Under the pieces are notes generated by a model that made no database searches, was not told the origin of the DNA, and was given only the letters and a program-made list of their open reading frames with translations. The position numbers and the translations under genes are program-made. Shown here piece after piece: positions 38,881 through 55,089 of a stretch of 64,000 bases of DNA. Each line of letters opens with the position of its first letter. The first letter of the stretch is position 1. Origin of the DNA: the human T2T-CHM13v2.0 reference genome, Homo sapiens. The stretch is from the NCBI RefSeq assembly GCF_009914755.1, contig NC_060929.1; one strand, 5' to 3'.

Positions 38881-40577
38881 ACTTGTATAGTGCTTACCAC
38901 ACACTAAGTCTTAACTCATTTTCATAACAACTCCATAAGGTAGGTTTTATTATTACCCTTATATTATAGGTGAGCCACAGAGAGGTGAAGTAATTTAGTT
39001 GTGAACATGCTAAATTTACAAGCTAATATAGAAGTCCTTATAATTTTTAGTCTTCTTAACCAAAAACACGTAGGTATTTCCACTTACAAAAGTTTTCTCT
39101 TAATTTTTCAGTAAGCTTTATGGTTTTCTTCCTATAGATTGTATACACTTCTAAAGTTCATTCTTTAGTGGTAACTGCAATTTTTTCATCCATTATATTC
39201 TATAACGGACTGTTGCTTACATATGTAAGTCCAAAACCAAAAGGCGACTGCTTTTTCAGTGTTAGTTTCATATCCACTTAGAGGATTACACTCTCTTATT
39301 ATGGTTTCTTGAAGTACAATGTTATTATCCAGAAATAATATTTTTGCTTTCTTCTTTCCATTGTTTATACCTTGTCTTTCTGGTGGCTAATTAGGTCAGC
39401 TAGCACATCCAAAACTATATTAAATGTTCTTTGAGTAGGAAATCTCACAGCATGATTTTAGCTTGTTTTGAAAGCTCTTTAAGAAGAATACTCGTAGATA
39501 TTTGAAGGTCTTCTCACTACATTCTGTATAACCCAATTGCATGGATTTTTGTTTTGTTTGTTTGTTTGCTTGTTTTAGGATTGTAACTCCAGAACCTAGT
39601 TTAGCCTTTGGGGCATACATACATGCTGACCAAATGTTTATTGAATGCAGAAGTCAGTGAATGGATAAATAAATGGCATAGTTATCTAAGGAAAGTATTT
39701 ACTGGCGCATTTTTATTAATCTTCCTGAGTACTTTTCTTATTAAGCTGTTTCCTTTGTGTCAGACTTTTTGCCCTCAATGTTCTTTTGCTTTTACAGTTT
39801 TTATGTTTTTCCTGCTGTCTGGAATCTAACAGTGTATTTTCCAAAGACCTCACTAACCTGAACCTGTTCTGCCTATCCAAACCTAATTTGTACCATTCTC
39901 CTAAATGTTTACTTTTCTCTGTGAGGCCAGTCTCTACTGTCCCATACAAAACACAGTAGGCTCATTCTCATTTTAATGTCTTCAATCTGGGTTCCCTTTC
40001 TGGCTTCCCATTATTCTCCACATCGCTATGAATAGCCTAATTCTACCCCCTCTTCATATTCTTAAGTTCAATGGCCATCTCTCTCATAAACGTTCTCAAT
40101 TTTCCCAGCATTTATTCTCATGCCTTTTTCGAAACACCTACAACATTTGTGGTCAATACTGAATACCCTAGTAGATAATTATATACTGTTTTGTATTGCT
40201 GTCAGTGATTCATGACTGTTCATCTTACTACCCAAGGTAAATTCTTGAGGACAGTGATCTTAGGCTGTCCAGTATCCCCCCGCCAGCATCTTGCACAATG
40301 ATGACCACAGAGGAGAGTGGAGGTTGCATACTGGTGCCCATAAATAGATAAATAACACCCATAACCTTGATTTACTTGGCTGAAAATATCTCTTGAAAAA
40401 TTGAACAGGAATGCCTTAGGCTGTACTTGTTTTCTTCTCGTCATCACATCTTCTCTATCTCTATCTTATTTAAGCTTCATTTACACACTTATGTTACCTG
40501 CATGGCCCTGTAGACAAGTTTGTTTGTGATACTCCAGGGTTTCAGCATTCATTGGCTGAAAATACCTCTGTAAATTT

Positions 40578-42334
<1,757 letters not shown>

Positions 42335-43509
42335 TAATCTTACCCACCTCCTACCAATACAAAAAAGTACCAGAATTAAGAGACATAATAAAAATGTTTG
42401 ATGGCATCCTCTTTCCCTTTTTTTTTCCTGGGATTTAATTTCATTGCATGAACTTTTATTTATACTATGATCTGGAGCAGAGTATGTAGAAGAGGGCAGG
42501 CTAGAATATAGACCAACATAGTAATCCTCTATGAAAGATTTTTGTTGAATTTACTTAAAAGCAAATTGTAAAACATTTTAAAAACTGGGGAACAGATATT
42601 TTAAAATAAGTAACTTACATTTTTACTTCTATAGAGCTGAGCAAAGGAATCAGGATGTAAAAGAAAAAAATTAAAATTAATATTATTATTTAAGACTATA
42701 AGCAATAGTTTAAATGTTAAAATAGATATCTGGAAAATATATACTTTAAATCTCACTTTAAACTTTTACTACTCTTGCCTTCCTCCTGCACCTCCAAGAC
42801 AATCCAGCCAGAATCTGCTAGTTGGCTTTTTGCTGAAGCCATCAACCCACCAAGTAGGTGAGATCATTCCTCTGACCCCACTTCTTTCATGCTCCTTCCC
42901 CCTCCCAGAGGCAATACTAGATAGAACAGAGACCTGCTAAAACCACTCTCTTTCCTCCCTTTATCTTTTCCTTCTTTTTCTCTCCTCAGGAAGTAAAAAG
43001 GCATGGGATTTTCGAAACTTGCATCTCATCCATTAACAATACTAAAGGAGAAAGGAGTAAGAAGATTTTTCCTTAAGGCAGCAGCCTGGCTTACAAGATT
43101 AGTTTCCTAACATCATTTCCTATTTTTGAAAGGCAGATGCCAAATATTACCTTATTTTTTCTGGGAAAACGAAAAAAGACTATGCAATTTTATTGGAAGT
43201 TCAGATTTATTAATACTTACATCTTTTAGCTTATGTTTTCTATTTACCATGGCTTTTCTTTTTATTAATTGCCTCATATTAGCATAATTTAGTTTTCATT
43301 ATTTTACTTTTTCCTCCTCTAGAGATGTGAATGTTGTGTATTCTATTTTTATTCTTTTAATATTTTAATATTTCAGATATATATTTGTAATATATTTGTT
43401 TTTTTAAGTTTCAAATTAATCAATAATTCTACCTACCTCCTATCAATACAAAACAAAATATTTTAAGTCTAATCGTTTCTTTACAATCTTCTGAGGATGT
43501 GCTTTCACA

Positions 43510-44900
43510 TCCTCATTGAAATTTGCTATTTTCTCTCTTTTTCATTTTAGCCAATTTGGTGGATGTATAGTGGTGTTGCATTATGGTTTAAATTTAAATT
43601 TGCATTACCCTGATTGTTACTGAAGTGGAGCCCATTTTATATGTTTATTGATTATTTGAATATCCTCTTTCAGAAAGTATCTGTTTGTCTTTTATCTATA
43701 TTTCTCTTCGGCTGGCTGCATTTTTCTTACTGGTTGGTAGGAGTTGTATATATTACCAGATATGAGTCATCCCCAATCTATGACCTGTTTTTTTGTAGTA
43801 TGCACAAACGTGATATATTTTTAATATAATCCAATGTATCTATTTCTTCCTTTGACTTTTTGTCCCAGTTTAATAAATATTTGCTTACTTCACAGACTTG
43901 AAGATATTCTTCCATGTTTTTGTCTACAGGCTTTCTTTTGTTACCTTTTACTTTTAAATTTGCAATTCATCTGAAAGTGATTCCTGTGTATGGTGTGAGG
44001 TACAGGTCAAGATATATCACTTTTAATATGAATATCCAATTGACTAAATTATTTTTATGGAAAACACTTCAGTGTCATCTTTGCCAGAGAGTAAGTATGA
44101 TTTTTTGCAATGTCCATTATATTCCACTGGTCAATTTGCTAATCTGTGTGCCAATACTACTTTTGTCTTAAGTAATATACCTTTTAATAGATATTAATAT
44201 CTGGTTTTGTAATATCTCTAGTTTCATTCTTTAAAATTGCTGTGACTGTATTTAGCTCTTTGTACCTCTATGTGAATTTTGAAACCAGCTTGTCAGGTTT
44301 TTTTTTTTTTGAAAATAAATAAATAAAATACTTCCTAATATTTTGACTGGGACAGAACTAAATGTATATACTAATTTAAGAAGAATTGACATCAACATCT
44401 TTTCACCATGGAGTTTTCCAATCCATATGCATGGTTTATTACTCTTGTCATGCATTTCTTTTTTCTTTTTGAGACAGGGTCTTGCTCTGTTGCCCAGGCT
44501 GTGAATATGGCTGACTGCAGCCTTGACCTCCTGGGTTCAAGAAATCTTCTACCTCAGCTTCCCAAGTAGCTGGGACCACAGGTGCATACCACCATGCCCA
44601 GCTAATTTTTTAAAATTATTTTTGTAGAGATGAGGCCTTGCCATGTTGTCCAGGCTGGTCTTGAAATCCTGGACTCAAGTGATCCTCCTGCCTCAGCCTC
44701 CCAAAGTGCTAGGATTATATTTTATAGTTTTGAGCATAGAAATTCTTCCTACTATCTAATAAATGTATTCCTAGATGTTTGCTGAATTTTGATAATATCG
44801 TAAATGGTGCTATTTTGTTTTTCATTTTTGTTGCCGATATTTAGAAATAGAATTAAATCTTGTACATTGGTGTTGTATCTGGCAACCTTCATATACTGAT
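43510..44900 (-). mobile_element. Old L1M fragment(s), degraded ORF2 3' region
   Basis: TTTTTCATTTTAGCCA...GGTGTGAGGTA.AGGTC...AAGAATTGACATC; interrupted by an AluJ. Confidence 0.7.
44456..44718 (-). mobile_element. AluJ with small deletions
   Basis: GAGACAGGGTCTTGCTCTGTTGCCCAGGCT...CTGCAGCCTTGACCTCCTGGG...CCCAAAGTGCTAGGATTA. Confidence 0.88.
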
Positions 44901-45924
44901 TTACCGGTTGTCTTGTGATGAGAATTAAATGAGATGGTGCCTGTAAACCACATAGCATTGTGCCTAGGAAGAGCAAGGGCTCAAAAAGTGTTAGGGTATT
45001 ATAAGAAGAGATTTGTTAATTAGATTGAGGGTTAGTTACTGGGGTCCTTTCCAACTCTGAGACTTTATTATTCCATCATTGGATTAGACTATGATCATAA
45101 TTTATACTCTCCTAGTAGTATGCATCATAAACCACTGCTAAGGACATAATTCTGTGTGAAGAGAGAATTGTGAAGATTGTAGGTTATATTCTTTCTGAAA
45201 AAATTATAATATTTTAGGGAAAGAAATCAAGTTTGAATCTTACCAATGGTAAGATTAAGCAAGTAATATCAATGACAACGTAGTTGATGTTAATGGCAGT
45301 ATAACAAAGCTTAATTATTGGTATCCGATTAATTAGCCATGTGATTTTAGTGGAAATTACTCATGCTTTTACATCCTCAGTCCCATTCATTATAATAATA
45401 CCTGACTCAAAAATTTGTAATGAGGATTTTCTCTGTAATGAGCATGACAGTATCTGGCACAAGGCAGGTATTACAAAAATACTGACATTATTTATTCCAA
45501 GTATGTAGCTTGACAGAAAAACATATATGCATATATTTTAGAGCCAAAGTTGGAAATCAAACACTTCTATATTTACATTTATAAAGACTGTTTTCTAATT
45601 CGATCAAAATTATGTTATTTCATACTATAATTTTATAATATTCTTTTCATAAGTAGTACTAATATTTGAAAAAAATCACATTTGGAGAAAACCTTGGAGA
45701 TTAATTGATAAGCAAAGACTGATTATAAGGCTGTAATTTCATCAATGAATTCTTACACTGTGTCATAAGCAAAGGCATTAAATAGTTTAGTGTATCATTG
45801 GCAACTTGAATAAAATTATGACATAAGTAATCCATTATTTGTTTTAAGGCAAGAAAAAATCACTTTTTAGAAACTGATTAATGTGATATTAACAAAAAGT
45901 TCAACTGCAAATATAGTAACAATT

Positions 45925-46032
45925 AGGATTATTATATGTAATTATATAATACTTGTTATAATTATTTTAATAATTATATGATTGTTACAATTATTTTAAT
46001 AATTATATAATTGTTATAATTATTATAACAAT
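45925..46032. repeat. AT-rich tandem repeat (~26-bp units, TGTTA(T/C)AATTATTTTAATAATTATAT)
   Basis: Two to three degenerate copies read directly. Confidence 0.75.
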
Positions 46033-46156
46033 TTTTTCCCTTTTGAAGGAATTGCATTTGGTATAATATAGAAATAATGAAGACTTAAAATATTAGTTAA
46101 AATTGTGTAGTATGCATATCCATTAAGACGTAAACGAGTAGTTCCTGATACTTTCT

Positions 46157-46723
46157 GTTTATTAGTTTTTATTTCTTAGCTTCAAGCCCACTCTTCTCTA
46201 TGATCCTGGAACTGGAACTCTGGACTCTGTGTTTCTTCACCACCTGGCTTCCTGCCAAACTAGGGCTCCGGAGGCAGAATGCAAAACCAGAGGCAGAAAA
46301 GATTCTCTCCTTCCAGTTTTGTGTCCTGCTCCTGCAGTGTCACCACAGCAATTCTTCACCTTGGCAGCAGCAGTTTATTTCTTACACTCCCAGAGCCAGG
46401 CTCATTTGCCTCCTTAGAAATAGCAGCACCAGCTTGCAAGTGCCCCCTCAGTGGCCTTCCTGAGACTTCTGAGTCTCAGCTATGCAGGATCCCTCTTCCA
46501 CACTCCTGAGATACCAGAACCAGCTAGTCAGTTTCAATAACCTTAAGCTTTCCCTTCGTTCTTCCAGCCCTAAAGATAGCAGCTGACTCTTAGAATTTCT
46601 GTATCTGTTACTTCAGTGTTTCCCTTTGCATTCTCCAATAATTCCTTAACCAATTCCTTAAATGAAATTTACTCTGTTAAAATAACTACGGTTTCTGTTT
46701 TCATGACTGGACCCTAACCGATA
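46157..46723 (+). mobile_element. LTR33-like ERVL LTR
   Basis: CTCTATGATCCTGGAACTGGAACTCTG...CTGGCTTCCTG, with a 3' end AAATTTACTCTGTTAAAATAACT...TTTCTGTTTTC.TGACTGGACCCT. Confidence 0.6.
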
Positions 46724-49521
46724 GATTAATTTTTTTTATAAGGCAAAGAAAAGGTGCGCACATTTTACAAGTTTATTCATGTGACAGCAGTAAGCTATCC
46801 AAAATAGAAAAAAAATTGAATTGCATCCTAATCACTGGGATTGGGAGAGAAATGTACATTTGAAAAAATATAGATGTAATAAAAAGTGAAAACATGAAAT
46901 GAGTAAAATTTTTTTTAGTGTGAATATCTACTAAGGCATAAAAACCTGATTACTGAGTGTTACTGCTTGTTTTTCATCCTTTTTGGCAAGCTATACATGT
47001 TCTCCATTAAAAGGTTTTGGAAAATCCTCTTAATTGTAGCACTGATTATGCTTCACCTTACAGAACCTGTGTTGCTGTTCTTCAGCGTGGGTTTTGCAAG
47101 ATCCCTGGCTATCACTGCAGGGCTGCCCCTGGAGATCCCCACGTGCTGTATCTCGGGTTATACTCTCCCAAAGCTAGTCCCCTATAACCTTACGAGGTAC
47201 AACCTCAGGGTCTGGTTTCAATTGTCTTTTTTTTTCCTAATAAGTAATTTTTATTTTATGAGGCTCAGAAGTTCAAGACAGAGAGGAATTAGAAGTACAC
47301 AAAATCATTGACATTCTGCAAAGAGAATTTGCTCTAATAGATGCCTCTGCATTCCAGTACAATTTGTTACAGCATACTGCTAAAGAAAGAACTAGACTAA
47401 ATGTTTCCACCTACCCATTAATCCAAATAGCATCTTCCTTTGTGAAATATCCATTCTCTCTGCTAGACCATGTGATCCTACCACAGTGATATTAATAGGG
47501 CCATTCCTCTTTTGTCACTGGAAACAGTCTTCAGAAATGTGAACCATAGCTAAGTTTCAGTAGAAATGTTATTAGGGACCTAAACATTTGTACATGAAAC
47601 ACTAATATTTTTTTCTTCGCAATTTCACCGAAATCTTTTACATTGCAGATATTGTATAAGCCCAATTGCTTTTAAGACTAAGTAATAGTCTTATTGAAAA
47701 TAACAATAGTTATGGAAAATATTGAAATAGTCATATTGAAAATAACAATTATTTACTGTCCAAAATTTCCAGGAATAAAGGCTTCTGGTGGATTATAGAT
47801 TATTCATTCATTTGGTCAGGCAAAGCACATAGTAGGGGGATAATAAACAAAAGCAAACATTCTGGCTTCAAGGAGCTTATGAATTCCTATGACAAAGTAA
47901 GTCGTGTGTAAATAGAAATAATACAAAGAAGAAAGTTAGTATGAAGAGAAATATATTTGCTTTGAAATAGTGCTAAGGAAATTCAGATTCTGAAAAAATT
48001 ACCTTTAATAAAGACAATGAGGGAATACTCACTGTTGCAGTGTTTGACTTGACCCTGAAACACAGACTATGGGGGAAGGGCATTCCAGGAAGGGTGAATA
48101 GCACTTGAATAAAGGCATGAGATGAAATTGGAAAGTGTGAACATTTTAGAAGAAAAAAGGGAGAAAATATGTTGGCAGGGATGGTTGAAAAAAGAGAATA
48201 GAAAAGGAAAAACAAAAAAGTAAATTCACCTTTTTTTTTTTTTTTTGCCAAAGGGTTGTGGATTAGTACTTAGCTGACATTCTGGTTTAACTTTGGTATA
48301 TAACCCTGAGGTAATCATAACCATTGCCATAGTTATTTACCACAATCATAACCACAATCACAATCATACCCATATTCACTGAATCTTTGTGAAATAACAG
48401 ATCTGTGGCTCTTAACTCTATCAAACTAGACACCCCATTCACTGTTCTTTGATTAAATTTAGGAATATTAAAACCTGAAAATGACATACCTTTAAAATCA
48501 ATATAATGCCCTAACTTTATTAAAAATAGAAAATAGTTCATAAAATTATATATAGATATGTAAATATTAAATAAGATTACAACAGAAAACATACTGAGCA
48601 AGCTAGATATATGCACTTTTTCAAAATGAACAAATATGGATTAAGATAAATTAATCTGACACTTTCAGTACAAGAACACAGAAGAATCATACAGCAGAGG
48701 TACAGAAGACATAAAAATAAAAACCAGCATTGGGATATATAATAACAGGACTTATTTGTGTTCAATAAAAGTGAGCCTACCTCAAATGATATGGGGATAA
48801 CAACAGATAATTATAGACGATTACCTCTGTCTCTGACACTGAGAAACAGGGGATAGAGGATGGACTGAAACAAACAGAAACATCAAGGGCCATAGAGAGG
48901 TTGTGTGGTTGATTCTGGGCACAGGAAAATAGTAAGAGTAACAGGTAACTCCAAAAGAAATAGTTTTAAGATATAATTTTCTAACCTAGATTTATTCTGA
49001 GCTATAATTTATAATTACATAGGAGGTCAATAAAATGAAAATTAAATAAAACTTTTAAAATAGATTCAGTAAAATTTCTAAATGATATTTGCCCCTGCTA
49101 ATTTAAAAATATTTGTTCTAAGTCTGTCAGAAGGAGTCTCAATGTCTTCTGTTACATATTTGCACATGAACTAAGCATTAGAAGGCAGGCCAATAGTAGT
49201 GTAGTGTATGGGCAACTCAAAATCCACTAGCAGTGTTGCTCTCCATAATGCGATTTCCTAAAATAATGGTCAATATTTCAGTTGTGTTTTTGAAAAGTAT
49301 TCAAACCATGAGAAATATTTTGTGGTTATATTTTAAAGATTTTGTGTGTTTATATGTCAAGTGTTTTAAACAGCTAATTATAAACCATTCTTTCAATTGC
49401 ATAAACATCTGTCAAGGTGTTGGAAAGTTGTGTTTATGTGAGACAATTCTTCAACGTGCACAACTGTTCCTTGCATTGCAGGACCCCTAACATTTCTCAC
49501 TCTGTCCACTAAATGAAAGTA

Positions 49522-50030
49522 GCAACCACTGTTGTTTTCTCTGCTTTTATGAGTTTGACAGCTATAGGTATCTCAAATACTTCATGATTTCATTCATTTT
49601 TATGAGGTATCCATAATCATTAAACTCATGAAGCAGAGAATACAGCAGTGGTTGCCAGATCTGGGGGTTGGGGAAGTGGAGAGTTGTTCAATGGGTATAA
49701 AGTTTCAGTTACACTAGCTAAGTAAGTTCTGGAGATCTGCTGTACAACATAGTGCCTACAGTTCACACTGTGGTATTGTGCACTTCAAAAGTTGTTAAGA
49801 GGGTAGATCTCATGTTAAGTGTTCTTATCACAAAACGTAAACCAAAAATAAAAACAAAGGAATACAAGGAAAGCTTTTGAGAGCTATGAGATGTATCTAC
49901 TACCTTGATTGTGTTGATGGTATTATGGGTGTTTGCAGATATCCAAACTCATCAAATTGTATACATAAGACATATGCAGTTCTTAGTATATTAATTATAC
50001 CTCTGTAAAGCTGCTAAAAATAAATAAATA
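49522..50030 (+). mobile_element. L1MA-like 3' fragment with inverted 5' duplication, nested in a MER (hAT)-like element (~49410-50132)
   Basis: GAGTTGTTCAATGGGTATAAAGTTTCAGTTA...TTCTGGAGATCTGCTGTACAACAT...TTAAGAGGGTAGATCTCATGTTAAGTGTTCTTA. Degenerate TSD AA.TG.AA.TAGCA. Confidence 0.8.
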
Positions 50031-51925
50031 AGTGTAATTAGCAGTCCCCAGTCACTGTGATGACCCAAAACGGCCCTGCAGATCTACAGAATTCTCCCTA
50101 GGACATGGTAAAAACTTCACTGAAAATCACTGTTTATCTTAATTATCAGCTTGTTAGCGTCAGACTCAAAGAATGAGAACTTTTAGCAATGATCTGAAAA
50201 ATGGCTAAGTGATTTTTAATGCTCAGCGTTCACTGAAGCTACTAGAAGTGAGGCAATCAGGAGGAAAAAAACCACAAAATTTGTAATTCAGAGAAGCAAT
50301 TATATTCCCATGTAATCGAACACATATTTTAAAAAGAGTTTGCCTCTAATTGCTGTATTCACATGTTTTTAAAGTAATTTTGTGTATCTATTTCATAAGC
50401 ATCATTCTATGTTGGCATTTTACAAAGGCAATCTTTCACAAAACATTGTATTGTGTAATTCTCAGTTCTGTTTTCTGTAAAATTAAAGGTCTCAATATGA
50501 ACAACTGCTCTAGTAACTATCACGTATTTGAATCACAGTTGAGAACTACAACAATAACTACATCAGAATAAGCTCAGGAAATAAAACCTTAAAGTGAACA
50601 AATTTGGAGGAGGAAGGGAGCATGGTAGGGAAATTGTCAAATCTTGAAAAATGAAGGTAACAGTGAGTAACTCGAGTAATGAAGTCGATCTTGGGAGCCC
50701 CTAGAAACCTGTCAGCCAAGCAGATCATTACAGCAGCAAAGGTAACTTTCATCAGCACCCACATCTTGGAACAGTGATTGTTTTAAAGAACCTGTGAACA
50801 CCTGTTTTATACACTCATATAATGAGAAAAAAATGATTAATTAGCTGAGCGTTTTCCCCAGACATTTACTTCATTAAACTTCATTAAAAATTTCTAATGA
50901 ATGATATCAATGATCTAAAAGAGAAAGTATGCTATCTTTTTCAAAATGTTTTCCTATTTAGTAAAGTCATACATGTTATTGCAGATTACTTTGGTACTCG
51001 GTATTGGTGAAGGTATTTTCTTACATGAGGAAAAACTTTATAGACAGAAAACTTCACCTTAAAGTGTTTCCCATAATGGAAATATCTGCCATAATTATGA
51101 ACTCCTACAAGGTAGAAACCATTGTTGTCTAACCTACTTTGTGACTGTGCCATCTACTAGAAAAGAAACTGGGTTCAGGACAGCCTGTATTAATTTCTAT
51201 CATAGCAATTATTTCCCATATTATAATTGCCTGTCTACTTGCCTGTTCATTCCCTCATTCCCAACAACTCTATTAGAAAATAAGCTTCTTTTCTACTAGA
51301 GTGAATTAATTATTAAAGTGGCATATTAAAATTTCCCTCTAAATTTTTTGTTATTTTTATAGTTATAATAGTTATCACATAGTGTTTTCGGTCATCGTGT
51401 TATCTGATGCATACATGTATCTGCTTATTATACCTTCTTCAAAAATTGTGTCTTTTCTTTTATACAATGGCTCATTTTGTCTGAGCAGTGATTGCATTTT
51501 ACAATTTTATCTTGTTCAATGTATCTATTTCCCTCTGATTCTTTCTTATTACATTTTCCTGGTAAGGTCTCTGCCTTTTTAATGTCTTTTTTAGTTTATC
51601 ACATTAGCGATATTTCTTACAAATAACATATAGTTGGGTTTTGTTTTTTAAACAAAATTGAGCAATTTGGTTCATTCATATTTAAAGTAAGAAGTTATAT
51701 ATTTTCTGCCATATTACTAAAGTTTACTATTTATTTTATTGTTTCCTTCCTTACTTTTACTTGTTTCTCTTGGTATGATCAAACCACTCTTCTTCTCTTG
51801 TTTACACTTGATAATTTGGAAATTTAACTTTATTGAACTTTATCCATTACACTGGGGGTTACCATCTCATTTCAAGTACAAATTCTCACTTGTGATATAA
51901 AAGCAACTTATTAACTGTTCCAGTT

Positions 51926-52393
51926 GTGGACACTGCTAGTTACCTAACTGATTCTCCTTTTTTTCTCTATTAATCAGAATGCAGATATTTCAGGAGGCAG
52001 GAGGTGTTGCCAACTTGATTGCCCTTGCTTTCTTTTGATTAGAAGTGGCCCATGGACCACTCCCTGGCTAATGATATGGAAGCAGAAATTTATTGGGTAC
52101 AGCTCTAGGGAAAACAACTCTAGACTCAGCTGGCAATGTATTTTTGCCTTTTGCTCTTCCTCTCCTTTTTGCCTAAAATACAGATATCATGCCTAAAGGG
52201 AGTGCAGCCAGGTGATGATGACAAAAGCAACAAGAAAGAGGACTGAGTGGGAATGCAGGAGATTAGGCCCCTCTTAGCACCGTGGAACTGCACTGGATGG
52301 CCTGCTTCCAGACTCCTGTTATGTGAGAAACACAAGCCCCTTTTTAGTCAGATTTCTTGTTTTGTGTAGCTGAAGGTAACCCTAATGGAAACA
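51926..52393 (+). mobile_element. MLT1J/K-type LTR
   Basis: Starts TGTGGACACTGCTAGTTACCTA, contains CCTGCTTCCAGACTCCTGTTATGTGAGAAA and ends GTAGCTGAA...CCTAA. Confidence 0.65.
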
Positions 52394-53699
52394 CTCCCCA
52401 CTGACCAAAGCACCTCTAATCCCTGGCAGCCCCTCAAAAGATGAATGAGATGAATGCCCAAATTCCCTACTCTCTCCAAACAATGATTAGAATTCTTTTA
52501 CTTCTCCTCCTTCTTCCTCATTCTCAACCCAAAGGTTACAGGGAAATATTTTGTGCTTTAATTATAAACTATTAATCTGTATTATTTTAGAGTTCCATTT
52601 TATTTCAAAGCCCTTTATTATTTCAAGTCATTCTCTCATTATATAGAGAGATATATATTGCAAAGTTCATTTCTAACCATCATTTTCTTTCTTCTTCACC
52701 TTTCCTTACATTATGATTTCTGTTCTGATTCATTTCTTTGGCTAAAGTGGTTTTTTTGTTTTTTGTTTTTTTAAGTATTCTCATTGGAAGAGATGTGTGT
52801 GGATACCATCTGTGATTTCTTGCTCATTGGGTCACAGATCTTTTCTCTCACTAGCCTGTGGAGTTATTTAAATGTCATCCAGCTTCAAGGATCACAGATA
52901 AAAAATCTGATGTCAGTCTGTTTCATTTTTCTTTTGTAACTGATTCTTTCTGTTTTGAAACTTATGTTGTTAATTTTTTTCTTTATCTTGGACATGTTTT
53001 ACCAGTCACTCCTGCTCAAAGTTAGTGAGAACTTTCAATTTGCAGAATCAAATCTGTCTTGAAGCTAGAGAATTTTTCTCTAGTATTTAATTATTGCCTC
53101 TTTTCTCTTGTTTCTCTCTCTCTTATGGATCTACTATAATTTACATATTTTGATTTCTAGATACTTTTTCCAAATCACTTTTCCCTTCCCTGAGGATTTC
53201 TATTGCTTTTTATTTTTTGCTCCATGTTTTGAAAGATTTCTACATTTTGATTTTCCATGACAATAATTTAATTCAACACAGTGCTCATTCTATTACACTG
53301 AACTTGAAAAAATTTTAAAAAACAGCTTTTTATTTCCAGGAAGTATATTTTAGTGCAGTGATTAAACGCCCTTAAGTGCTGTTATTATTTTGTTGTTGTT
53401 GATGATGTTAAATGTGTGGCCTCTCTCTATCAGCAGTTCTCTATTACTAGAAGCTACCTTTTTCCTAGGAGCTACAAGCGTTGCTTGTTCTGGGACCCTA
53501 ATGATTGATCCCTTAGGGAACTGGCTTTTACCATCTTTAGCACTCAGGTTGACCTACGTGGGTGCTATGAACATAATTTTAAAAAGGTGGCATGATGTGC
53601 TCTTGCGAGTCAGTGATAGATAAGCATGGCTTTCTCCCAGACAAGGCTCTCTCCTCCCCAGTTTCAACTGGTAGAGTCTGGCTGATGGAATAGGAAGTC

Positions 53700-53895
53700 A
53701 GTCTTCTTTTTGGCATATTATGCTCCAGGTCCTGTTCTAAACAATTTATAAAAATCAAAACTTTTAATTATAATAACTCTTTGATCTAGATACTACTATC
53801 TTCATTTTACAAAAGAGGAGTTAAGAAACTTGCCCAAGCTTCCATTGTGACAAAGTAATGGAGCCAGAACATACAAATCCCAGCAGAGCAGGCTT
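53700..53895 (-). mobile_element. MIR SINE
   Basis: CTATCTTCATTTTACAAAAGAGGAGTTAAGAAACTTGCCCAAG...GGAGCCAG. Confidence 0.6.
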
Positions 53896-55089
53896 TGTTC
53901 ATAACAATGGTTCTCAAACAATATGAGGGCATGCCACATGTGTGAATACCCAATAGGCATTCCAGGGCCAGGGAAACCAGCAGCTCCTCCAGAGGGACCA
54001 AGGTTCTCCAGGGGCCAAAATTTCAGGGCTCAGCTCCTTGCCTGAGGCCTGTTCACCGCCAGTCTTCAAGCTCTGTTGGTCAGAAAAGGAAAACATCCTG
54101 CATCCCTTCACTCCTTCAACACCCAGGAAGGGCAGAGGCTTTGCACACACTCACTACATACCCTGCCTCTTTGTCCAGCCATTGTCCAGGGCAAAATGTA
54201 GTTGGAAGCTAGGACAGAGTTTGAATAAGCTGGAAGCAGATATAGGCCTTCATTTTATACAAAGCTTTAAAGTAATCTTCTTGAGTGTGGCAACTGTTTT
54301 CATCAACTATTGCATTCTCAAAATCCAGAATATTGTAACATAGTAGTAGCTTAATAACTATTTACTGAATGAATTATAACAGGTCTTTGCCATCTGAGAA
54401 CCATCATCCTAAAGCAATGTGTAAGACCTAGGACTTTGTTCCCAAACTCTAACCTTCAGACCAATCCTCTTCTGAGTTTTTGGAAAGCCATCTCTGAAGT
54501 TATTATCATCTTAGAATTGGAAAAAGGAAGCCTCTCTTCATTCTTTTAGTTATGAGTTTACAACAATAAAAAAGACAAGACACTTTCTTACAGAACAAAT
54601 AAATGAATAAACATGTACATAGACAAGCTCTAGAACATTCTATGTGTGTGTTTATGTGTACGAGAGAAGATGATTAGAAGAAAAAGAAGAGAAAGATGAA
54701 GTTGAGGAAGAGATGGAAGCTGGTATAGTACAGCAACCATGCTCCATAGAGAAGAAAATGTTGCTTAGCAACTAGAGGTTTCAGGAAGGAAAATTCTCAA
54801 TTCCGGTTGGAGAAAAATATGGAAGGTAGGTAAATATGTAGCAAAAGAGAAGGCTTTTCACATGATTGTTGTGATGAATAATTTGCTTTGAGAAATATGC
54901 TGCTTCTTTTCCTTTGCATCTATTAAAAATTTGGCTGTATCTCAAAGCATGATTACTAAATGGCCAAAATCAACGGAATGGCCAAACTGGAGGCCAGTTT
55001 GTCCATCATAGACAGATATTGTTAGGGACCAAAAATGAATTTTTTTTTGCTACCTCACTGCTGTAACTGTTTTATCTTTTGATTTACCT

